From Candidatus Woesearchaeota archaeon (GTDB taxonomy: Archaea; Nanobdellota; Nanobdellia; Woesearchaeales; UBA10216), in the NCBI GenBank assembly GCA_002688315.1, contig NZCN01000015.1:2137-66136 (forward strand): a stretch of 64,000 nt of DNA. The letters are read 5' to 3'. The position numbers were made by a program, and so were the translations under genes. Of this stretch, positions 54,924 to 64,000 are shown one piece after another. How positions within the stretch are numbered: position 1 is the stretch's first letter; each line of letters begins with the position of its first letter. Below the pieces are notes generated by a model. It made no database searches. It had not been told where the DNA came from and saw only the letters and a list, made by a program, of their open reading frames with translations.

Positions 54924-55673
54924 TTACTCCTTTTTCTTATTGTTTTTCTTTAAGTCGTCCGCATATTTTTCTATATCAGCGCGCTTAAGACGAGTGAATT
55001 TACGGCTAGAGGCAGAAATATATGCTCCGTCAATTCTTTCTAGATTGAATTCTTTTCCAAGAAAGTTTGCAAGCCCTTTCAAACCAAGCTTAATGCCATC
55101 CTGCAAAGTCATATCATCCTTGTACTCTTTTTTTAGGAGTTCTTCTATTTCTGTTTCCCCTTCGCCAATAACTGTAGCGCGATATTGGAAGTAAATGCCT
55201 GTAGGATCAGTTTCAAAAAGCTTTGCGCCAGCTTCATCAACACCCACTATAAGAAGAGAAACACCAAAAGGGCGCAACCCGCCGGATTGCGTGCAGATTT
55301 GCTTTAAGTTTGCAACATCTTTAACAATACTAAGCGTATCTATAGGAGTATCATATGTAACACGGTGCTGTTGTGCGCGAACTTGGGCGCGTTCAGTCAA
55401 AACACGGGCATCACTTAAAATACCGGATGCAGTAGCTGCAATATGCTCGTCAATTTCAAATACTTTCTCAACAGCTTCAGGAACAACTAATGAATCAACA
55501 ATGCGCTTGTCAGTAATCAAAAGAACACCGTCCTTGCAAACCATTCCAACTGCAGTACTGCCTTGATGGACAGTTTTTTTAGCGTATTCAACTTGAAGCA
55601 GCCTGCCGTCAGGGCTGAACATTGTAATTGCTCTATCATATCCCATTAACTGATGAGGCATAGGTTGTTGCAT
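54924..55673 (-). CDS. psmA: proteasome alpha subunit
   Basis: Contains YDRAITMFSPDGRLLQVEYA and RPFGVSLLIVG. Confidence 0.96.
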   Translation of the reverse strand: MQQPMPHQLMGYDRAITMFSPDGRLLQVEYAKKTVHQGSTAVGMVCKDGVLLITDKRIVDSLVVPEAVEKVFEIDEHIAATASGILSDARVLTERAQVRAQQHRVTYDTPIDTLSIVKDVANLKQICTQSGGLRPFGVSLLIVGVDEAGAKLFETDPTGIYFQYRATVIGEGETEIEELLKKEYKDDMTLQDGIKLGLKGLANFLGKEFNLERIDGAYISASSRKFTRLKRADIEKYADDLKKNNKKKE

Positions 55674-55677
55674 TTTA

Positions 55678-56004
55678 TCATCCTCCGTTAAAATATTTTG
55701 AAGCTCTTTTTAGAGAGCCGCTCACTCCAATACTACGTAGTATAATAGTACTATTATTAATTCTTTTCACTATTGCCATGGAAGCTTTTACTTTATCAAC
55801 GTATTTTCTGCCAATTCTAACCATGCACTTATTTCCAGATGACTTTATGTTGGAAACATCTGCATTTGCAGCTTCCAAAGAGCCAAACAAGCCGGAAAAG
55901 CTGTTCTTCACAGAACTAACTGCATCGCTGCAGCTGGCATTTCCTATTACCTCAAAAACGAGATAACGCTTTTTCTCTCTTAAACTGGGCAATAAATTCG
56001 CCAT
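55678..56004 (-). CDS. rnp2: RNase P protein component 2 (Pop5/Rnp2)
   Basis: Contains LPSLREKKRYLVFEV in a 108-aa protein. It lies upstream of psmA, the conserved order. Confidence 0.8.
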   Translation of the reverse strand: MANLLPSLREKKRYLVFEVIGNASCSDAVSSVKNSFSGLFGSLEAANADVSNIKSSGNKCMVRIGRKYVDKVKASMAIVKRINNSTIILRSIGVSGSLKRASKYFNGG

Positions 56005-56135
56005 TTGTATTAACTAAGAAGAATCTTAACGTTTCTTCTCTCTTACAATAATAAAGAGTGTAGTTGTAGTATTTAAAGCTTTCGTGAGTGGTTAAAACCA
56101 ACAATTTAAATAACACAGGCTAAGAATTCGGTTGC

Positions 56136-57296
56136 ATGGAAAAAAAAGTATTTACTGTGCTGTTTATTGCAGTGCTGGCTTCAACCATTGGCGTAAGCAT
56201 AATAGAGCCTTTGATGGCTATTTATTCTGAAAGCCTTGGAGCTTCTGGGCTTTATATCGGAATCATATTTTCTGCCTTTACTCTTTCCCGCGGCTTATTC
56301 ACGCCAATAGCAGGCAAGCTGTCAGACCACCATGGCAGGAGAAATTTCATTTCAGGAGGGCTGTTAGTTTACACACTGTCTTCTTTTGCTTACATAATAG
56401 CTATAGACGTGAATAGTCTAATAGTTGTAAGGCTTGTACAGGGAATGGCTTCTGCGTTTGTAGCGCCTTTGGCAATGGCTTACATAGGAGATATTGCCCC
56501 AAAAAAGCAGGAAGGAAGATACATGGGAACTTTCACAATATCTTTTTTCCTTGGCTTTGGAATAGGCCCTATAATCGGAGGAACACTAAATCATGTTTTC
56601 AGTATGAATGCGGCTTTCATTGCAATGGGAGCTCTTGGATTAATATCACTTGCCCTGGTTTTTTTAACACTTCCAGAGTTAGGAGTTCATAAAGAAAAAA
56701 AACCAAGTGCTTTTCTCAAGATAATCAAATACAAAGCAATGCAGGAAATACTGCTCATCAGAGTTGTAACCGCGTTTGGAGTAGCAGGATTCATGGTGTT
56801 TTTCCCGCTTTATGCAACAAGCATTGGACTAAACACAGCGGAAATAGGAACTATCATAACAATAAACTTATTAGTAACTGCTCTGCCTCAAAGATACTTT
56901 GGAAAACTTGCAGATAAGCACAACAAGCTAGCTTTGATAATTCTTGGAAATTTGGTAATGGCAACTACCATTTTACTGATACCTTTAACATGGGACTTTT
57001 ACAGCTTATTAGGGCTGAATATTGCAATGGGACTTGGCGGAGCTATTGGACTGCCTGCAAACACAGCCTTAGCCGCCCAATTCGGAAGACTGCATGGAAT
57101 GGGTTCTGTGATGGGACTGCTTCAGGCAGCTTTTGCAGTTGGCATGACTTTAGGGCCCTTAATAGCAGGAATAATACTCGACTTAGCAGGCCTTACAGTA
57201 GTATTCTTTTATACAGCAGCGATAGTTGCATTCGGAACACTTGCATTCTATATGTTTGTAAAGCGAAATGTCAAGAACCACTTAAGTGGTTCTTGA
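56136..57296 (+). CDS. MFS transporter
   Basis: There are 12 predicted TM segments, and the loop 2-3 motif is GKLSDHHGRR. Confidence 0.9.
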   Translation: MEKKVFTVLFIAVLASTIGVSIIEPLMAIYSESLGASGLYIGIIFSAFTLSRGLFTPIAGKLSDHHGRRNFISGGLLVYTLSSFAYIIAIDVNSLIVVRLVQGMASAFVAPLAMAYIGDIAPKKQEGRYMGTFTISFFLGFGIGPIIGGTLNHVFSMNAAFIAMGALGLISLALVFLTLPELGVHKEKKPSAFLKIIKYKAMQEILLIRVVTAFGVAGFMVFFPLYATSIGLNTAEIGTIITINLLVTALPQRYFGKLADKHNKLALIILGNLVMATTILLIPLTWDFYSLLGLNIAMGLGGAIGLPANTALAAQFGRLHGMGSVMGLLQAAFAVGMTLGPLIAGIILDLAGLTVVFFYTAAIVAFGTLAFYMFVKRNVKNHLSGS

Positions 57297-57377
57297 TCAT
57301 GCTCAGAAATATCGCTAATTACTTATATTAGCGATATTTCCGACATCATCAAAAAGCAGAAGCAATTACTAACTAAA

Positions 57378-57794
57378 ATGCAAGGAGAAAGACGATGTTG
57401 GGGTTGTAAAACAGTTGCAGATATCAAAGAAATGAAGTATGATAGTTCTGGGAAAGACTTAATTTGCGCTGGATGCCTAGCAAAAGAAAACAGAGGAAAC
57501 AAAGAAGACGCTAGCAAAATAACTAAGGAAAATGTGACAAATACTGCTGATACTGTAAAAAGCAACAGCAGTGAAAAAATCGTTATTAATAACAAAATCA
57601 AAAGCGATAACAACAACAATGAAAGCAAAGAAATAAGCTACCAGTGCGGAAGCTGCGGCTTTGGTTTTTCAAAAGAAAAAGGAGCAATGATTAATGTCTG
57701 CCCTTATTGCGGGAAAGGAAACTTCAGGATTGCATTTAGAGACTCTGCGCAAAAGCTAATAGAAGAAGCACAAAGCAAGCAGTTTGATGACTAA
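57378..57794 (+). CDS. protein with N- and C-terminal zinc ribbons and low-complexity linker
   Basis: The ribbons are CWGC...CAGC and CGSC...CPYC, separated by an Asn/Ser/Lys-rich linker. Confidence 0.5.
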   Translation: MQGERRCWGCKTVADIKEMKYDSSGKDLICAGCLAKENRGNKEDASKITKENVTNTADTVKSNSSEKIVINNKIKSDNNNNESKEISYQCGSCGFGFSKEKGAMINVCPYCGKGNFRIAFRDSAQKLIEEAQSKQFDD

Positions 57795-57870
57795 TTCTTA
57801 AAGGAATAAATCAATACAATTTTATGATTATTAGGAAAGTTTTAAATAGCAGAAGCAGTGACTCAATTCT

Positions 57871-58422
57871 ATGTTAGCTGAAATAAATGAAATCAAAATA
57901 TTGAGGAAACACAATAATCTTACTCAAGGCCAGCTTTCAAAGCTTGCAGGAGTCTCCCAAAGCCTGATTGCAAAACTTGAGGCTGGGATGATAGACCCGA
58001 GCTACAGCAATTTTAGAAAGCTTCATGAAGTTCTTACAAGCATTGGAGAAAAAAAAGAGCCAAAAGCAGGCGATGTAGTTAGCGATAAAATATTAAGTGT
58101 TGGTAAAAATGATTCGCTTTCTGAAGCCATTAGAAAAATGAAGAATTACGGAATATCACAGCTTCCTGTAACAGAAAAAGAAAATGTAATCGGGTTAGTA
58201 GCTGAAAGCGATGTTATAGAAAGCATACACCAAGGAAAAGATATTAAAAAATTAAAAGCATCAGATGTTATGGAAGACTCCCCGCCAACAGTTCCGGTAA
58301 AAACTCCTTTGAAAGTTGTTACAGAACTTTTAAGAGTAAGCCAGTTAGTTGTAGTAACAGATAAAGGAAAAGCTAAAGGTGTAATTACGAAAGCCGATGT
58401 TCTGAATAAGCTGGCAAAATAG
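57871..58422 (+). CDS. XRE-type HTH plus CBS-pair domain regulator
   Basis: The HTH is LTQGQLSKLAGVSQSLIAKLE. Two CBS repeats follow (GISQLPV..., QLVVVTDKGKAKGVITKADV). Confidence 0.85.
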   Translation: MLAEINEIKILRKHNNLTQGQLSKLAGVSQSLIAKLEAGMIDPSYSNFRKLHEVLTSIGEKKEPKAGDVVSDKILSVGKNDSLSEAIRKMKNYGISQLPVTEKENVIGLVAESDVIESIHQGKDIKKLKASDVMEDSPPTVPVKTPLKVVTELLRVSQLVVVTDKGKAKGVITKADVLNKLAK

Positions 58423-58423
58423 A

Positions 58424-59164
58424 TTATAACTCGCTTAACTTACTTCCAACCATTTTTATCTTGCTTTTTTTGCAATAACCAAGATAACTTCTTTTGGTTT
58501 TAAGAATCTTTGAAGCAACAGTATCTGCGCTAACTGCGTCTTTGCTTGCAATTGCAAGCGAAGTCTTTAGATTTGTTTTCACAGAATCGAAACCGTCAAT
58601 TACTGAGAGGCCAGGCCTAATTAATTTGAAAATCTCAGAAGTGTTGCGTAAGAATGTTTTGCTCTTGTAAAAATCAGTTTTATCGTTTTCTGAAACACTT
58701 CCAATAACCATGTTAGGAATAGCTCCTAACAAAGATGTTCGGTCGCGCTTAAGCACAGCTACAGAAATTCTGAAGTCTGATTCCAGCAAAGTTTTTGAAA
58801 TGTTAATTGTTGTTTTTCCGAGTTTTATTGGAGCAGAATCATCATTGTTGAGGTTAAGAAATTTAACAGAGTAGTCTTTAAGCAAATCATGATAATTATG
58901 ACGGTGGAAAACATCTTCATCAGAAAAAGAGCCTTCGGCAATAGTTATTTTTTTGTTAGTAAATTCTTCAATAAAATCAAGAACTGCCTTAACAGAATCT
59001 GCATTAGTAAGCTCAGAGCAGCCGTTAAGGTGCAGCAAGTCTGGCTTTATCACAATACGTTTGCTGCTGCTGACTTTATTAATAACATCCTCTTGAATAA
59101 GTTCAAGAGACTTGAAGATGATATCGTAACGTACAACGCCTTTAACCAAAGCAACATTTGCCAT
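58424..59164 (-). CDS. DUF362-like protein
   Basis: VALVKG... and RIVIKPDLLH resemble the DUF362 N-terminal pattern. Assignment is from memory. Confidence 0.5.
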   Translation of the reverse strand: MANVALVKGVVRYDIIFKSLELIQEDVINKVSSSKRIVIKPDLLHLNGCSELTNADSVKAVLDFIEEFTNKKITIAEGSFSDEDVFHRHNYHDLLKDYSVKFLNLNNDDSAPIKLGKTTINISKTLLESDFRISVAVLKRDRTSLLGAIPNMVIGSVSENDKTDFYKSKTFLRNTSEIFKLIRPGLSVIDGFDSVKTNLKTSLAIASKDAVSADTVASKILKTKRSYLGYCKKSKIKMVGSKLSEL

Positions 59165-59199
59165 AAACTAAAACTGAAGAAATAGGTATAAATAGTTTG

Positions 59200-59940
59200 C
59201 TACTTCAAATCCTTTACTTTGCCAAAATAGTAGACATTGCCTGCGATAACAAACACTTCAAAACTGTTTATGTCCTGATTGAGGAAAGGGCTTATGAACT
59301 GCTCTTTCAAAACATCAGTGCCAATAGTGATTGGATTGAATGAAGGCATAACAATCATATCTTTGTTTTTGAAAGTTCCTTTCAGAAAGCATTTGAAAGT
59401 TTCTGAACGAGGGCCTTCTTTAATGGAAACAGCAGGGTGCTCATTTCCAATGATAAGCAGTTTTGATTTCTTGAAAACATCAGTGGTTGGTATCTGATGA
59501 CCATGGCATATGAAAATTCCATCCTTACTGTAATCGTCTACTACTTTGATATTTCTTTTCTTTGCAACTGGCCCAATAATAGGATCGTGATTGCCTTTGA
59601 CTAAGATTATTTTTTCGCAATGTTTTGAAAGAATGTCAAAGAACTTTAATATTTCGCGCCATTCCTGGTTTGAAATCAAGCCGAACTCGTGCTTTAAATC
59701 ACCATTTATAATGATGTTGCTTAATTTTTTCTTCTTTGACTTTTTTAACAGCGGTTCCAAAAGATAAAAAGTGTGGTTTAAGCTGGCAAGTACATCTTTG
59801 AAATGATGCCTTGGAATCAAAACACCGCGCTTGTTAAGCTCTTCCTCATAGCCAATATGGACATCTCCAAGAACAAGAGAGTTTAAGCTTTTGATGTATA
59901 ATGCAAGGTTAACGATATTCAAGTCTTTTATTATCTGCAT
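59200..59940 (-). CDS. calcineurin-like metallophosphoesterase
   Basis: Contains LGDVHIGYE, NGDLKHEF, VKGNHD and CHGH. Confidence 0.85.
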   Translation of the reverse strand: MQIIKDLNIVNLALYIKSLNSLVLGDVHIGYEEELNKRGVLIPRHHFKDVLASLNHTFYLLEPLLKKSKKKKLSNIIINGDLKHEFGLISNQEWREILKFFDILSKHCEKIILVKGNHDPIIGPVAKKRNIKVVDDYSKDGIFICHGHQIPTTDVFKKSKLLIIGNEHPAVSIKEGPRSETFKCFLKGTFKNKDMIVMPSFNPITIGTDVLKEQFISPFLNQDINSFEVFVIAGNVYYFGKVKDLK

Positions 59941-59976
59941 AGCAATAATGGAGAAAACTAGGGTAAATAAAGTTAA

Positions 59977-60372
59977 TCACTCTGGAAACTGTATTTCGCC
60001 AACAGAGCATCTCTGGCAGATCATGCCTTCTGTGCTTAAGCCGTGAAGCTTTACAATATTGAACTCTCTCTTGCAGTTTGAACACGCAACAGTAACCTGC
60101 TCAAGTGGGTCAAACATCATGCTTCGGGAAGGACGGGAAGGCTTAGGCTTAGTTCGCTTTTGCGTAGAACGAGACTTTGAAGCTCTTGAAGCTCTGCGCT
60201 TGGTTTTTTTCTTATTAATAGAACGCTTAACACTTTTAGAAGCAGTTCGCTTTACCTTAGCTTTAGATTTTTTAGAAGTTGCCTTCTTTTTAGACTTAAC
60301 TTTAACCTTTCTTCTAACCTTTTTAGCAGTTTTCTTAGCTCTGGTTTTCTTAACCCTACTACGCCCTTTCAT
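59977..60372 (-). CDS. highly basic Lys/Arg/Ser-rich protein ending in a C4 zinc ribbon
   Basis: About 85 aa of KKxxKK low complexity is followed by CSNC...CQRC. Confidence 0.6.
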   Translation of the reverse strand: MKGRSRVKKTRAKKTAKKVRRKVKVKSKKKATSKKSKAKVKRTASKSVKRSINKKKTKRRASRASKSRSTQKRTKPKPSRPSRSMMFDPLEQVTVACSNCKREFNIVKLHGLSTEGMICQRCSVGEIQFPE

Positions 60373-60414
60373 CTCGATGAATTCCTGATATTAAACTATT
60401 TATGTGTTTTGGTT

Positions 60415-63030
60415 TTAAGCAGCCTTTGCTTTTTCCTCTATTCTTTCCATTATTCGTGCATGCATTCTCTTAAGGAATTCTATCTTATCTTCTATCTTGA
60501 GAACATCTGTGTGGGATTCCAAAACTATTTTGAATGCGAATGGGGAAGGCAGGTCTGTCTGGACATTTTTTATCTTTATCTTCCTGTCTTCAATGGCTTT
60601 AAGCAAGTTTTTTGTAGTAGGCATATCCATTAAATCCTCCAAAACTTCACGCCTTGCTTCTTTGAGAATACAAAAATCAGGAGAAACTCTCTTAACAGCA
60701 TTTATTAAAATCATTGAAGAAACTTGTTGTCTACCAACACGTTTTCGCCTTCCTTTATAGTTTCTAAGAATCATCAAAGAACGAGCAGCGCAATGGCGGA
60801 ATCGCCTTTTCAGTATTTCAGTTTTTTCAATAGCATTATTCATTAGCAACTCCATTTTTTCTGATTTAATCAGCTTAAGAGCCGCAGAAACATTGACGTT
60901 TTTTTCATAAGAAACGTAAAAGCCATTATCAGTTATTCCTAGCTCAACATCTTTGCGTTGTGAGCGTGCTATTACAAAAGCAACAGCTCTGCTAAGTGCA
61001 TCATTAACGCGCCTGCCATAAAGAGAATGCACAACAACGTGTTTCCGCCCTCTGTCAGTAAAGTTTTCAATTATTATTTTTTTATCAGTAGGTATTTCTG
61101 CATAAAGATATTGCTCACGCAAATAGTTATAGATTGAACTAGCAGTGTTCTTGTCAACGTAAAGATAATCATTAATGAACTTTAAGACTTCTTTCTTTGT
61201 TTTGTTATGGTTGAATTTTTCCTCCATCAAACGCCTGAATTTGCCAATCTCTAACGCCAAGTCAAAACTTAACGGAAGCATTTCAGAAAACCATGAAGGG
61301 ATAGTAGGAGCCCTGTAAACACTTGCATTAACATAAGCAACCATTCCTTTAGCGTAAAGAAATTCGTATTTATCACCGCCAAGAACAAAAACATCAGTTT
61401 TTCTTAATCGTTCAAGGAACGACTCATCAATCTTCCCTACAACATGATCTGTACCTGCAATCTTTACAGAAACAAAAGTTTCATCAGGAATTGTGCCTAT
61501 ATTAGTCATGTAAATAACACGGCTCATGCGACCTTTTCTGCCAATTAGTCCTGTTTCTTCATCAACCCAAATTTTTGCATAGATATGCCGGTCTTCAAGA
61601 GAAATGTGCTTGCCGCTCAGGTAATCCAAAACTTCATTGAAATCTTTTAATGTTAAGTCTTTATAGCAGTAACTTTTTTTAATCACATTGTATAAGTCAG
61701 TCTTGTGAACTTTAGAAGCTATTGCAATTCCATAAATTTGTTGAGCTAAAACATCCAAAGCATTTTCTGGTATATGAATACGATCAATCTTTTTTTCAAT
61801 AGCAGATTTCAAAAGAACAGAGCATTCAATCATATCATCCCTATCAAGAACAATAATCCTGCCTTTTGAAACAGAATGTAATTTGTGACCGCTTCTTCCA
61901 ATACGCTGTAAAGCGCGCGCAACAGATTTAGGACTGCCTAGAAGAATCACTAAATCAATATAGCCAATATCAATGCCCAGTTCAAGGCTTGTAGAGCTTA
62001 CAACAACCTTTAATTTTCCTTCTCTTAGCCTCTTTTCAATACTATGACGATATTCTTTTGAAAGAGAACCATGATGAGCGCCGATAGTAGGATCATCAGA
62101 AGCGTAACGTTTTGGAAATTTTTCTTTCAAATGGTGTATAACACGCTCAGTAGCAGCTCTGGTATTTGTGAAAATAAGAGTTGTTTTATGAGTTTGGATT
62201 AAATCATCAATCAAAGAATACATTGAATCCTGCATTTTACCATGCTCAACATTAATCAAATCAGGAACAGGAGACAAAACTTTCAAATCCGTTTTCTTAA
62301 CAAACTGAACATTGCAAATCTTGCAGTTTCTTGGCACTTCATTTTCATTTCCAACAAGAAAATGTGCAATTTTATCCAAAGGCGCTATGGTTGCTGACAA
62401 ACCAATTCTAGTCATTGCAGGAGAAAGATGTTGAAGACGCTCCAAGCTAAGAGAAAGATGCACTCCACGTTTGTTTTCTGCCAAAGCATGCACTTCATCA
62501 ACAATACACCATTCTACTGCCTGAAGCAAATCTATGAAACGATAACTGCTCAGAACAATTGCAAGACTTTCAGGAGTTGTTATGAGAATGTGTGGAGGTT
62601 TTTTCAGCATCTTTGATTTTTCAGAAGCTGACGTATCACCAGTTCTAACAGCAACTCTGATTCCAAGTTTTTTGCCAGCTATTTTTTCCATTTCTTTCAA
62701 AGGTTCAATCAAGTTGAGTTGCACATCGTTGCTGAGCGCTTTCAAAGGCGAGATATATATACAATAAACTTTATCTTCAAGTATGTCGCTTTCTGAAGCA
62801 TTTATAAGCTCATTAAGAATTGAAAGAAATCCAGTAAGAGTTTTTGTTGCACCAGTAGGAGCAGAAACTAAAATATTATTTCTGCTGTGAATCTCCATAA
62901 CTCCAAATAATTGAGGAAGACTAAATTCTTTAAACTTAGAGAAAAACCATTTTTTAATAAGAGGGTTTAATATGTTGCGCAATTCTTGCGGTTTATTAGA
63001 ATTTAATTTGTATTCTATCATCACTACCAA
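60415..63030 (-). CDS. lhr: Lhr-type large DEAD/DEAH-box helicase
   Basis: Contains SAPTGATKTL, DEVH, SAT and QRIGRSGH, followed by the Lhr-specific winged-helix / domain 4 region (DEAD_assoc-like). Confidence 0.92.
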   Translation of the reverse strand: MVVMIEYKLNSNKPQELRNILNPLIKKWFFSKFKEFSLPQLFGVMEIHSRNNILVSAPTGATKTLTGFLSILNELINASESDILEDKVYCIYISPLKALSNDVQLNLIEPLKEMEKIAGKKLGIRVAVRTGDTSASEKSKMLKKPPHILITTPESLAIVLSSYRFIDLLQAVEWCIVDEVHALAENKRGVHLSLSLERLQHLSPAMTRIGLSATIAPLDKIAHFLVGNENEVPRNCKICNVQFVKKTDLKVLSPVPDLINVEHGKMQDSMYSLIDDLIQTHKTTLIFTNTRAATERVIHHLKEKFPKRYASDDPTIGAHHGSLSKEYRHSIEKRLREGKLKVVVSSTSLELGIDIGYIDLVILLGSPKSVARALQRIGRSGHKLHSVSKGRIIVLDRDDMIECSVLLKSAIEKKIDRIHIPENALDVLAQQIYGIAIASKVHKTDLYNVIKKSYCYKDLTLKDFNEVLDYLSGKHISLEDRHIYAKIWVDEETGLIGRKGRMSRVIYMTNIGTIPDETFVSVKIAGTDHVVGKIDESFLERLRKTDVFVLGGDKYEFLYAKGMVAYVNASVYRAPTIPSWFSEMLPLSFDLALEIGKFRRLMEEKFNHNKTKKEVLKFINDYLYVDKNTASSIYNYLREQYLYAEIPTDKKIIIENFTDRGRKHVVVHSLYGRRVNDALSRAVAFVIARSQRKDVELGITDNGFYVSYEKNVNVSAALKLIKSEKMELLMNNAIEKTEILKRRFRHCAARSLMILRNYKGRRKRVGRQQVSSMILINAVKRVSPDFCILKEARREVLEDLMDMPTTKNLLKAIEDRKIKIKNVQTDLPSPFAFKIVLESHTDVLKIEDKIEFLKRMHARIMERIEEKAKAA

Positions 63031-63926
63031 CCCAGCTTATAAGTGTTAACTAATTTGTACATTTTCCTCTTAATTGTGAAACCAATCATGTCTTTAAATA
63101 ACTTGAGATTCTCTTTTCGATTAATATATAATTTCGGATATTTTTTCTGTTGAAACTTATTCTCTATGCCTAGTTTACTAAGCAGTTTAGATACGTCAAT
63201 CAACCCTTTGCGACTACCTGAAAGAATCATTACATAATACTTGCTAACCCAACCATCACTATCGTATAGCCCTTTCAAAAAAGTAGAAATTATTTTCTTG
63301 TTATTTGAATTTAGAATTTCTTGTGGTACGCGCCAAGTCATAGTTCTAAAAGTTCCGTAGCGTAACAAATCTTTTGAAAGCAACATTGCAGAAACTTTGA
63401 ATAAAAAAGTGTTCCTATTAGTCTTGTAAACATAAATGTATTTAATCCCGTACACAGCTTCCATACATCGTGTGAATTCTTTAATAAATTCTTCATCCTT
63501 TCTTATTTCGAGTGCGATAACTTTATTGTTAATGTAACCATCTCCAGCAAGGACCCCTAAGATATATGCTTTTTCTAAAGTCAAATTTTTATATTTTTTC
63601 AGAGGCCTTTTTAATTTTAAATTAGCTAATTCTTTCTTAATTTGCGGAGTGTTCATGGATTCTTTATGCGTTCTTACTTTAATTCCATAGGATCGAAGCC
63701 AGTTTATAACTATAATCGTAGAAACTTTAGATTTAAGACCGATATCACTTGCGCTTAGTTTTTGCTTTACGTAAAGATCGTACAAAGTCTTCTTTTCTAA
63801 TTTAGGTTTAGTTTTAAATTGCGTTCTTTCTTGATTATAAGGAATATTGTGATGATGTATCCAGCCAGAAATAGTTGCTTCAGAAATGGTTATTCCAAAC
63901 TTTTTATTAATTTCTTTTCTTATCAA
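63024..63926 (-). CDS. free-standing double-motif LAGLIDADG endonuclease-like protein with N-terminal HTH region
   Basis: The motifs are YILGVLAGDGY and FLKGLYDSDGW, about 95 aa apart. Its stop overlaps the lhr start by 7 nt. The TTG start in the track is uncertain, and the N terminus may lie near the window edge. Confidence 0.8.
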   Translation of the reverse strand: MIRKEINKKFGITISEATISGWIHHHNIPYNQERTQFKTKPKLEKKTLYDLYVKQKLSASDIGLKSKVSTIIVINWLRSYGIKVRTHKESMNTPQIKKELANLKLKRPLKKYKNLTLEKAYILGVLAGDGYINNKVIALEIRKDEEFIKEFTRCMEAVYGIKYIYVYKTNRNTFLFKVSAMLLSKDLLRYGTFRTMTWRVPQEILNSNNKKIISTFLKGLYDSDGWVSKYYVMILSGSRKGLIDVSKLLSKLGIENKFQQKKYPKLYINRKENLKLFKDMIGFTIKRKMYKLVNTYKLGW

Positions 63927-64000
63927 ACGTTGCCCAACATTTTTTTCTTTTCTTAACTTTAATACGTAATTATAGATTCTTAGAACTAATTTTTTTGGAG

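Noticed and set aside
60415-63926. An intein in Lhr, suggested by the adjacent LAGLIDADG motifs
   Set aside because: The LAGLIDADG ORF is a separate upstream reading frame. The Lhr helicase motifs I-VI are contiguous, with no in-frame insertion and no Hint-domain blocks.
1-64000. CRISPR arrays, rRNA genes, transposases/IS elements, integrases
   Set aside because: No spaced direct-repeat array, no rRNA-like conserved stretches and no DDE/tyrosine-recombinase-like ORFs were seen in any frame.

Overview
The window is visibly AT-rich and clearly archaeal. Core information-processing genes are tightly packed: SRP54, FtsY, prefoldin alpha, aIF2-alpha, Nop10, S27e, S19e, L39e, L31e, Cbf5, MetRS, Bud32, RpoK, and the exosome/proteasome superoperon Pop5-PsmA-SBDS-Rrp4-Rrp41-Rrp42. 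There is also a compact fermentative carbon-metabolism set: PEP synthase, enolase, dPGM, split transketolase, two PfkB kinases, a ROK kinase, two 2-hydroxyacid dehydrogenases, PRPP synthetase and an H+-PPase. Cell-surface genes include an S-layer protein and two GT-C/PMT-like membrane glycosyltransferases. The gene content, short intergenic regions, orphan ORFs and bacterial-type genes (MetK, Lgt, DUF1003) suggest a small-genome, DPANN-like archaeon; this taxonomic call is inference only. I saw no rRNA, CRISPR array or transposase. The most interesting signals are RNA-level. (1) cbf5 is interrupted inside its catalytic Asp codon by a 13-nt insert whose flanks fold as a bulge-helix-bulge splice motif. 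(2) tRNA genes carry many non-canonical introns: a three-intron tRNA-Ile(UAU), and a recurrent T-loop 59/60 intron in four tRNAs. (3) Two class-II (long variable arm, G73) tRNAs carry isoleucine-box anticodons UAU and GAU. One of these sits in a patch of tRNA fragments. Other items are a Hel308-like helicase cut off exactly after RecA1, two free-standing LAGLIDADG ORFs, three tandem perfect hairpins, and a compositionally foreign 483-aa kinase-fold fusion protein. tRNA, intron, small-ORF and motif coordinates were derived by hand and may be off by 1-2 nt. CDS coordinates follow the supplied ORF track, with starts re-picked where stated.
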